From Candidatus Undinarchaeota archaeon (GTDB lineage: Archaea > SpSt-1190 > JASMDC01), in assembly GCA_964519305.1 (NCBI GenBank), contig CAZFHY010000001.1, positions 442,132 through 506,131 of the forward strand: a DNA stretch of 64,000 nucleotides, written 5' to 3'. Positions 48,815 to 57,600 of this stretch are shown one piece after another. The position numbers and the translations under genes are program-made. A model generated the notes under the pieces. That model worked only from the letters and a program-made list of their open reading frames with translations, was not told the DNA's origin and searched no databases. The first letter of the stretch is position 1. Each line of letters opens with the position of its first letter.

Positions 48815-48911
48815 GGAAAGGACGGTAGACCGGCCTGTTAAAAAACCTTTTGGCGCGGGCGGGTGAACCTTTTTAAAGGAGAGCACCTACCCCGACCGCC
48901 GGTGCAATCCT

Positions 48912-50327
48912 ATGGGACTTGAGATGCTGATGTCAGGACCGCTCATGATCGCAGTTGCCGCTGTGCTCGCAATCGTGCTCGGTGTTGTGGTGGTTTCGCT
49001 CGTGCGTGGTATGCTGAACATGATGCTCGCATCGCTGCTGATTATCACAGTGTTACTTACTGCCGAGATGTTCTTCGCCTTCTACCTCTCTACAGAGGGG
49101 AGCATGAAGGATAGTCTTGATGTATTGATACAGGACGATGACCTCGCAAAGATCGTGGACATCATCGTCGTTGCCATCGACGAGGAACATGATGAGTTCA
49201 AGCTCGACGGTCCGACGAAAACGGCCCTAGTGGAGGGGATCACCGAGTCTGATAAAGATAAGGTGAACATTGCAGTGGGCGCCATCCTCTTCGACAAGAT
49301 GGAGAAGGAGCTCGCTGACAAGGATCTGCACAAGAAGCTGGGTGTCGACAAACTCGAGCTGTCGGGCGATCAGAAGCAGCTTCTGGCAAAGAAGATGATC
49401 GAGGAGAACGACACCGAAGAGATCAAGAAGGAGCTCGTTGCACAGATCCAGCTGGCCGCGATCCGTGAGGCCGCGCTCACAGAACCCGGTGCGAAGCAGG
49501 GCATGGACGAGAAGGTGGAGAACCTCTACGGTAATGCTCTGGGAGACGCACTCGTCGGCACCATCCAGACCGCGGGGAAGGCCCTTGGCGCGGATACGAT
49601 CCTGCCCATCACCGATCCCCAGGTCATCAAGTTCAAGGAGCTCCAGGCGAGCGTGAAGGGGAGCGCTGACTTCTCGAAGAAGTACAAGGAGATGAACATC
49701 GGCCTCTCTGGCTCGCTCTCCGAGCCCAAGGCGATGTTCCAGGAGCGGGGCCCTGAGGCCATCTTCGCTATCGCCCTCCCATTGATCTCAAGCCCTTTCG
49801 CCATGGTGTTCCCCCTGGTGAACGATGAGCTGAGCCCGGCCGAGCTCAACGGGAAGCTCAAGACGGGTTTGATCATCTTCGTGGTGCTCGACCTCATCCT
49901 CGGAGGAGGGCTGTTCCTCATCAACGGAGTGCTCAGTCTGAGCATCTCTACGGGATTCAAGGACGCCTTCAAGTACTTCGGTATCGCACTGATGATCGCA
50001 GGTGTGCTGCTATTCGGGTTAATGAAAATGGGTACGAAGGTCACCTCGATCCTCGACGATGACGGGCCCATCATGAGCCGGATGGAGGGCGAGACGCTCG
50101 AGAGCCGCATCGGCCTTGGAGTGTCCAGGATCTACATCAGCAACATCCGCGACCAGGTAAAGGTCAGTCTGGAGAAGCGCACAATGGGTGGTATCGGACT
50201 GGTGCTTATCGGCGCCTGTTCCTATGCTAACTCGATATTGGGCATCTTCCTAACTGGCAAGGGTAAGAAGAAGGAGACGAAGCCGGAACCACAACCGGAG
50301 CCCGAACCGGCCAAGGAAGAAGAATAG
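48912..50327 (+). CDS. Hypothetical membrane protein (2 N-terminal TM, large helical domain, ~3 C-terminal TM)
   Basis: 471-aa ORF with genome-typical codons; TATA TTTTTAAA near 48870. Confidence 0.8.
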   Translation: MGLEMLMSGPLMIAVAAVLAIVLGVVVVSLVRGMLNMMLASLLIITVLLTAEMFFAFYLSTEGSMKDSLDVLIQDDDLAKIVDIIVVAIDEEHDEFKLDGPTKTALVEGITESDKDKVNIAVGAILFDKMEKELADKDLHKKLGVDKLELSGDQKQLLAKKMIEENDTEEIKKELVAQIQLAAIREAALTEPGAKQGMDEKVENLYGNALGDALVGTIQTAGKALGADTILPITDPQVIKFKELQASVKGSADFSKKYKEMNIGLSGSLSEPKAMFQERGPEAIFAIALPLISSPFAMVFPLVNDELSPAELNGKLKTGLIIFVVLDLILGGGLFLINGVLSLSISTGFKDAFKYFGIALMIAGVLLFGLMKMGTKVTSILDDDGPIMSRMEGETLESRIGLGVSRIYISNIRDQVKVSLEKRTMGGIGLVLIGACSYANSILGIFLTGKGKKKETKPEPQPEPEPAKEEE

Positions 50328-50335
50328 GGGTAATC

Positions 50336-50366
50336 GTGACGGGCCGTTCCATGAGCGGCCCGTCAT
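50336..50366. terminator. 14-bp hairpin directly after the stop codon, between convergent genes
   Basis: GTGACGGGCCGTTC-CAT-GAGCGGCCCGTCAT; no U-tract. Confidence 0.4.
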
Positions 50367-50655
50367 ACCCAGAATTATGAATGAACCCCGATTAGGCCCA
50401 AACATCATCGTTTAACACATTATTTCCCACAGGGAAAGGTAGGGAAGATATTCCGCTCGTATCGGTAAGAATGGAATGATTTACTAGGACCATGATAACC
50501 GCTCTCAAAACAATCTCCCCAATCCTAATATACCGGTAGAGATTGGATAATTATACGGAAAAACAAGCCACTCCCAGCCTCTGCAATAGTTTGCTCGATG
50601 AGCGTGTCGCACGAGCCCGGGAAAGGGCAGGGGTGAGGGCGGGCCTTTAGAACGA

Positions 50656-51168
50656 TCAGGTGGTGGTCTTGGTCTCCACGGTCAGATCCGTGAGGTTGAG
50701 GTTCACCAGATCAAGGACAAGGTCCTCCCTGTACTCGACCCCTTGGGCGGAGCTCACATGAATGACATGCTTGCCCGGCTCGAGCTCCAGACACCACCCC
50801 GTCTTGTCGCACAGCGGGATGGACTTTGTGACACCACGTTCCAGGACCTGCCCCGTATCGATACGTTTTACGCTCTCCAGGTCCCCCCCCACATCGATGG
50901 TGAGGTCGGTGAGATCGTTCTCGCTGAGGTTCTTGAGATAAATGGAGAGCTTGTTGTCGTGACCCGGGCCGATCCATACTATGTCCAAGTCCCGCTCCCG
51001 GACGATGTCCTCCTGCTTATTGCTCCACTCTCGCGCGATTAGCTGTCCCAGGTAATTATAGGCGTTGTACAGCACTCCGAACACCATGATGGAGATGAAC
51101 GTCATGAGGAGCGCCCCCATGACCGGCGCTTGAGCGCGTGTGCCGTATATCATCCGCCGCCGCATCAT
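50656..51168 (-). CDS. Archaeal type IV pilin-like protein (class III signal peptide)
   Basis: Basic N-terminus, RA/QAPVMGALLMTFISIMVFGVLY, beta-rich domain with IYLKN. Confidence 0.65.
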   Translation of the reverse strand: MMRRRMIYGTRAQAPVMGALLMTFISIMVFGVLYNAYNYLGQLIAREWSNKQEDIVRERDLDIVWIGPGHDNKLSIYLKNLSENDLTDLTIDVGGDLESVKRIDTGQVLERGVTKSIPLCDKTGWCLELEPGKHVIHVSSAQGVEYREDLVLDLVNLNLTDLTVETKTTT

Positions 51169-51226
51169 CCTTGTTAGTTCCTAGGCACTGTCGGATTATA
51201 AGCTTTCTGGGGACACAGAGATCGAA

Positions 51227-53122
51227 CTAGCCCTTCAGAGCTGTCTGGAGCCGTTGACGGATCGCTTGAGCGACTAGCTTGCCATCGACCTTCCCTCGGA
51301 CCTCCTTCATGGCAAGGCCCATGAGCGGGGCGAACGCGCGCTCCCCCTTGGCCTCAATAATACCTGCCTTCTCGCTGAAGATACGGTCGACGATCGTATC
51401 AAGCTCGCCTCCGGAGACGCTCTCCACTTCGATGGGCTCGCCCTTTGCCAAGCAGACAAGAGCCTGCGGTATCGCCTCCTTCGCGAGCTTCCCTTCGGCG
51501 AGCAAATTAAAGAGCTCCATGAAGCCCTCCTCATCGATCTCGTCCGTATCAATCCCCTCCTTACGCCGGACCTCGACCACGATGGTCGTGAGGATCGACG
51601 CGGCCACGGTGGGATTGATATCAAAACGCTCCACGGCCCTGTCGAAGAGGAACATGTGCCGCGAGCGGATGAGCTGCCCGGCGAGGTCGTCAGAAAGCCC
51701 CATCCCCAGATAGCGCTTCTTTCGCTGGATCGGAGTCTCAGGAAGGTCGTCCTCCGCTTCCTGTTGCATCCGTTCTGTAACCGAAATGGGTGGTAGATCC
51801 GTCTCAGGGTACATCCGCTTTGCCCCGGGTAGGGGACGAGCATAGGACGTAGTGGCATCATCGTGGTTGGGGGCCCGGGTCTCCTCGGGGATGCCCACCA
51901 GAAGGTAACGGGCACGCTCCACGACCGCGTCCACCGCCTTGCGGGCAATCCGATCGGGTCCTGCTGCAATGAGCACTAGGTCGCCATCGCTTGCAGATAG
52001 CGAGGTACGAAGTGCGGTGAACTCCTTGACGAGATCGTACTTCTTTAGATCCTCGTCGGAATGGATTATTCCGCCAACACCTGCTGCAACAGCGTAATCG
52101 GCCAGCTCCCGGCCGAGTGTGCGTCCTGTGCACACCTCCTTCTTCAACCTACCATCGAATCCGGGTAGTCGGGTCGCCACGACACGTCCACCGTCCTTGA
52201 TGAGCTTTGCCAGGAACTTGGTCTTCACGTTCGCGAACGTTTCGGTGACGTCCAGAACGTCGCCGGGTATCTTGTCTAGCCCGGCGGCCTTCAGTTCATC
52301 CTTGATCTTGAGCAGGGATTCCTGTCGCGTGGTCTCGTTCTCCACGAGCTTGGAGAGGGAACGCAGGTCCTGCCATCCTTTCACCTCGATACGCGCCCCT
52401 CCGAAGATGGATATGTTCACGTCCTGCCGGATGGTCCCGATGCCGCGTTTCATGGCACCGGTGGCCCGGAGCATGAGCCCTATCGTCTCTGCGACCTCCC
52501 GTGCGTGTTCGGGATCAACTATGTCAGGGCACGTACCCAGTTCCACGAGTGGGATGGAGAGACGCGATAGGCTGAAGTGCCTCGTTCGACCCTTGGACCG
52601 CTTGTTATCGATCTTGGCCGCCTCCTCCTCGATAAAGAGGGACTCGATACCGACGGGTGTCTTGGAGGTCTCGAGCACGGATCCCTCGGTCTGGACACCT
52701 ATCTGACATGTGCGCTGGAATCCCGATGTGTTGCTCCCATCGACGACGCTCTTTCGCATGACGAAAAGCTCGTCAGGGACCTTTAGACCGAACATGCGAG
52801 CTACGACCAGCCCGACATGGAGCGCACGTGGATTCATCTGATGCGGCGGTTCCTCGTCAAGCTCAACTAGACAGGCCTCCCCCTCGTAAAGATGGTAGTG
52901 GAACTCCCTGTCGCGGAACATCTCGTACTGTGCAGCGGGGTCCACCTCGCCGAGCTCACCGGCGACGGCGCGCAGCTTGCGTACCACTGCACGGGTCTCA
53001 GCTCCCTCTGTGAGAGCGCTCGAGCACGGGCAGAAGAGCTTGCCCGTCTCTAGTTCCTGGTGGAACTCCAGCCCGCACTTGAATCCGAGTTTCTTGTACC
53101 TGTCATGCGTTTTCTCGGCCAT
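51227..53122 (-). CDS. gatE: Glu-tRNA(Gln) amidotransferase subunit E
   Basis: CGLEFHQEL, DGSNTSGFQRT, GIGTIRQDVNISI, RPLPGAKRMYPETD. Confidence 0.97.
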   Translation of the reverse strand: MAEKTHDRYKKLGFKCGLEFHQELETGKLFCPCSSALTEGAETRAVVRKLRAVAGELGEVDPAAQYEMFRDREFHYHLYEGEACLVELDEEPPHQMNPRALHVGLVVARMFGLKVPDELFVMRKSVVDGSNTSGFQRTCQIGVQTEGSVLETSKTPVGIESLFIEEEAAKIDNKRSKGRTRHFSLSRLSIPLVELGTCPDIVDPEHAREVAETIGLMLRATGAMKRGIGTIRQDVNISIFGGARIEVKGWQDLRSLSKLVENETTRQESLLKIKDELKAAGLDKIPGDVLDVTETFANVKTKFLAKLIKDGGRVVATRLPGFDGRLKKEVCTGRTLGRELADYAVAAGVGGIIHSDEDLKKYDLVKEFTALRTSLSASDGDLVLIAAGPDRIARKAVDAVVERARYLLVGIPEETRAPNHDDATTSYARPLPGAKRMYPETDLPPISVTERMQQEAEDDLPETPIQRKKRYLGMGLSDDLAGQLIRSRHMFLFDRAVERFDINPTVAASILTTIVVEVRRKEGIDTDEIDEEGFMELFNLLAEGKLAKEAIPQALVCLAKGEPIEVESVSGGELDTIVDRIFSEKAGIIEAKGERAFAPLMGLAMKEVRGKVDGKLVAQAIRQRLQTALKG

Positions 53123-53134
53123 CATGTCCACCTC

Positions 53135-54484
53135 CTAATACCTGAACGACGCCGGGTCCGATCCCGGCGACACCTCCCCAGCGATGTTCTCGAGCATCAT
53201 CTTTTTCGCCTCAGCGACATCGGACGTGTGCCCGAGCACCCACGCCAGCTTGATGTAAGCGGTCTCAGGTAACATGTCCTCGAGGAATATCACTCCCCGC
53301 TCGAGCATAAGACGGCCGTTCTCGTATACATAGGGATCGAGGCGTCCGTACATGCATTGGGGAGCAAAGCATACGATCATGCCCTCATCGCGGGCACGCT
53401 CGAGGGCCGGGAGCCAGGACTTCTCCTTGTCCAGTGTCTGTGTGGGGACATGGCCCAGACCGGTCGCTTCCACGACAACTCCCCTGAAGCCCTTGTCGAT
53501 GTAATGGTGTAGGATCCCAGGATCCTGATTCGGACATACCTTGAGCAGGGCTACTTTTTCCTCCATGGCGGTGTCCGCCGTGACAGTCACAGCATCATCG
53601 CGCTTGACGTACGCCTTATCGAGCACCTCGATACGGCCGTCGGGCCAGGTCTTGGCGATCGGCGGGGCGTTGACCGGTCTGAAGGCATCCCGTCGGGATG
53701 TATGGAGCTTGCGCACCTTGGTCCCCCGTGTCACCAGGCAGTACGAGTCGTCGCTCTCGCCATGCATGACCAGGGTGACGCCCGCTATGTCCGACGTAGC
53801 AGCGATCCGTGATCCGCAGATGAGGTTGATTGGGCCATCGAAGGAGCCGCGGTCAGCTGAGCGCTGAGCGCCCACTAGGCAAACGGGTTTCCTAAGGTCC
53901 TTGAGCATGAAGGAGAGCGCTGCTGCGGTGTAGTGGAGGGTATCGGTACCATGCGTGAGCACGGCACCGAGTGCGCCATCGTTGAGTTCGCTCGCAACGG
54001 CCTCGGCCAGCTGCTGGTACTCGCCGAAGGTCATGTCCTCGCTGGCGATGGTGAAGGGTGAGAGCACGTTCCTGAACGTTACCACATCGGCGAGCTCGGG
54101 CACAGAATAGAACACCTCCTCCGGCTTCATGAGCATGTGCACAGCGCCTGTGCGATAGGAAACACGGGAGGCGATCGTACCTCCTGTAGCGATTAGAGAG
54201 ATGGCAGGGAGGTCGTCCCGGGTCGGGAAGTCGCGGGTCGGGAACTGCTCCAGTTCCTGTCGATGGTCCATACGCTCGATGGTCGTGTTTGTTTCGGGCT
54301 TCAGCCCGATATTGTAGCCGTTATCGAGCTTCAGGGTGAGAGTATTCGTGTCACCGAGCTCGATGCGTGGAAGAAGGAGGCCCTCCACCACGACCGGTCC
54401 ACTGGTGATCCGGACACGGTCCCCGGGACGGACGGAGGCCGCGTCGAGCAGCCCCTTGGTCGTCTTGGAATAGGACATGGTCAC
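53135..54484 (-). CDS. gatD: Glu-tRNA(Gln) amidotransferase subunit D
   Basis: KLDNGYNIG, TGGTIASR, HGTDT, GAQRSADRGS, KLHTSRRDAF. Confidence 0.97.
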   Translation of the reverse strand: MTMSYSKTTKGLLDAASVRPGDRVRITSGPVVVEGLLLPRIELGDTNTLTLKLDNGYNIGLKPETNTTIERMDHRQELEQFPTRDFPTRDDLPAISLIATGGTIASRVSYRTGAVHMLMKPEEVFYSVPELADVVTFRNVLSPFTIASEDMTFGEYQQLAEAVASELNDGALGAVLTHGTDTLHYTAAALSFMLKDLRKPVCLVGAQRSADRGSFDGPINLICGSRIAATSDIAGVTLVMHGESDDSYCLVTRGTKVRKLHTSRRDAFRPVNAPPIAKTWPDGRIEVLDKAYVKRDDAVTVTADTAMEEKVALLKVCPNQDPGILHHYIDKGFRGVVVEATGLGHVPTQTLDKEKSWLPALERARDEGMIVCFAPQCMYGRLDPYVYENGRLMLERGVIFLEDMLPETAYIKLAWVLGHTSDVAEAKKMMLENIAGEVSPGSDPASFRY

Positions 54485-54557
54485 GAAGGGCGGGACCAGA
54501 AATATAAAACTAGTGGGGACGGGGACCGCGGGGCCCGATTGTTCGTATCCTATAACA

Positions 54558-54574
54558 ATACCTTAATAAGGTAT
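54558..54574. promoter_or_regulatory. Palindrome ATACCTTA-A-TAAGGTAT, candidate operator
   Basis: 8-bp arms with a 1-nt spacer, about 25 nt upstream of a TATA-like CTATAAA for the Cys-rich gene. Confidence 0.45.
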
Positions 54575-54638
54575 CCACGCCTTCGCCTGATAAAGAGCTA
54601 TAAATCGTACGCTCTCAACGGTTTTGGAGGCCATTTTC

Positions 54639-57600
54639 ATGAAGGCGAAGGCATATACGACCCTTTCAATCATTCTAGCGCTGTTCATCGCGCTCGGTAC
54701 AGCCGCGGGATGCGACTATTCGGCTGGTGAGAACTGCCAGACCAAACCAAACATCTGTCCCTGCGATCTTCCCGAGTTCCCAAACTGCGATCCTTCGCAC
54801 GCCGACGCCGATGAGCGTGGATGCTGGGGCGAAGGCGGTAGCGGTGGCGCTACCGACTGTGGCCAGCACGTCACACAGGCAGCCTGCGACGTCACAGGTA
54901 TGTGCAAGTGGTGCGAGGGCGACTCGGCACCGAACAGCTGTTTCCCCATGGAATACACTTGCCAAGGGAGCACCGGCGGTTACTGTGGCGACAGCAATTG
55001 TGCAGGCACCGAGGGCGAGGACTGCAACACCTGTTCACAGGACTGTGGCTGCCCTTCTGGTGACATCTGCAAGAGCGACGGGCACTGTTCGCCGGACACA
55101 GCTACCTCTGGCTACTGCGGCGACTACTCATGCAATCCTGGCGAGGATTACACTACCTGCTGCAAGGACTGCAAGTGCCCTGACGGCACGCTCTGCGATA
55201 CCAACTCGAACACATGCGTCACCGACACCAGCAGCAGTAGTAATGACGACAGTGGCTACGTCTGCTGCCAGCCCTCGGAAAGTGGGGCTGATGCATGCCG
55301 CGTGGATCTCGGGGGCGCCTGCCCGAACGGATTCTCGCACCTCGATAACGAATGGGTGGATCCGTACAACCCCGCCAACTGCATCTACCCGGGACCGGGC
55401 GCGACGAACCCGCCCTTCTGTCCGGCGGACGGCAGCGGGACGAGCTCTGGGGACTACATCCCCCCCCGGCCCCCGTCCTACGACACCTGCGGCAACTGCC
55501 ACTGGGAGTGCATGTTCGAGGACAATAAGCCCGATTACGAGTGCGACAACCAGTGCGGGTCCGTGTGCGACACGGGGACCACATACCAGCCCGACCCGTC
55601 CTCAGAGCCTTCCGACCAGTGTCAGAACTGCCTCGACAAGTGCATGTACGAGATGCACCGCTCGAGCACGGAGTGCAAGGGGTTCTGCGAGTACGACTGC
55701 GGTGGTGCTGACGAGCCCACACCCACACCTTATACTTCAACGACCGATACCGGAGACCAGTGCGACAACTGCATGGACAAGTGCCGGTACGAGATGGGCC
55801 GTTCGACCTCTGAGTGCGAGGGCTTCTGCGAGTACGACTGCGGCGGAGGGGACACGGGTACAGATGACTTCGACACGTCCACTCCTTGTGGACAGTGCGA
55901 GTACCAGTGCGAGGTAGTGGAAAGGAAACCGGTCTACGAGTGCGATAAGATATGTGCACCCAAGTGCTCGGATTCGCCTCTCTTTGATAACGAATGCGAC
56001 AAGTGCTTCTACCAGTGCGTAGAGGTAGAGGGGAACTCGGAGTACAGATGCAAGGACAGGTGTCGGCCGGCCTGTGAGGGCGGCACGGAGCAGCCATCGG
56101 GCAACGAGTGCGATAATTGCTTGTACAAGTGCGTAGAGGTGGAGGGGAACCTGGAGTACAGGTGCAAGGACAGGTGCCAGCCGGTCTGTGGGAGCATTCC
56201 GGAACAGCATGATGATTGCGGTATCTGCACCCACGAGTGCGAGGTCGTCGAACGTAGGCCCACCTACGAGTGCAAGTCGCTCTGTCGTGACGTCTGCGAT
56301 GTGCCATTGGACACGGGTGATGCCCCCGACGTTAGAATCATCCCGACGACGGTCCGCCTGTACGAGCCCATGAACATTTGCAGAGGGAAGCTGAGCCTCG
56401 ACGACGTCGACATGACCCGTTCCGAGGCTTTCTTCACAGCCGTGCGACCTGATGGTGCCAAGGAAGGATTCAACATCAAGTTCGACGAGTTGAGATACTA
56501 CCCGTTCTTCATTCACTTCGGTACATTTGCCGTCCATGCGGACGAGAGCTCGAGCCTTGAGCGCGATGCCGCCAACATCAACATCCACAAGACCCCCGAG
56601 TGCGGGCCTTTCCCACCGCCGGACGACATCGGGGGTTCTGATGACGGCGGATGGCAGCCTTCGGGGGACGATATCCCCCCCAAGCCCCCGATCTACGACC
56701 GCTGCGGGACGTGCAAATGGAAGTGTGAGTTCGAGCAGAACCGTCCCGAGTACGAGTGCCGGGACGAGTGCGGCATTGTGTGCGGGGAGACCGAGGATCC
56801 CTGGGGAACGGACGAGTCCGATGAGTTCGACCTGTCAGAACCACCGTCCTACGCCTTCCGGGACCGACCTATGGAAGGCGGCTTTGTCGGTCGCCCCCTC
56901 CTGCTCAAGCTCAACGAGCCCGTCGAGGTGTGCGGGATGCAGTTCGAGGCGCTCGCCATCAATCCGGAGGAGCGCGTTCTGATGATAAAGGCAGTGTGGC
57001 CCGATGGTAAGGCCGAGGAGGTCGGTGTCGATATAGACCAGGTGCTCGCGGGGACCATGCACGGCCTCGTCAAGCACTTCGACACGGTGTCGCTCCACGT
57101 CCCCGAGCCTGATAACGAGGAGGACAAACCGCCAATCGCCCGGAACTGGGCCGTGCTCGCCGCGATGATACGGACGGACTGTGCGCCGTTCTCCCTCTCG
57201 GACCTCATGCGAGGACCTGGCGAGGATCCGACCGAAGGGCCAGGTGACGGGGATGCCATCGTCGCTGACATCGAGATACTGGACGACGGTCGGTTCATCA
57301 CCAAGCTCGAGCGAGGTCAATGGACTCTCGTGTGCAGCCGAAGGGTGCGGTACCTGGACCTCAAGGACGGCGGCAAGGTGGCCGTCGTCGAGGCGGACAC
57401 AGGGATCCGGATGCGCGAGCTACTCTTCAGAGCGGACACGTTCCACGATGAGGACGGCCGCGAGGTCACGGATGAACAACGCGTTGGCCTCAACATGGTA
57501 AAAGCGCTCAAGGACGGATTCCATGACGGCAACGTCCTCGCCATCCTCGTGAAGCCAGATCTCAGGTGTTCGGAGGAGCTCAAACAGCAGACGGGCGAGC

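Noticed and set aside
50370-50650. AT-richer intergenic region as replication origin or ncRNA
   Set aside because: No ORB-like repeats or cdc6 gene; only short inverted repeats (CAATCTC/GAGATTG).
55488-56299. Repeated DNA units as a CRISPR array or DGR template
   Set aside because: Units are in-frame, degenerate at codon third positions and inside a CDS; no cas or reverse transcriptase gene is present.
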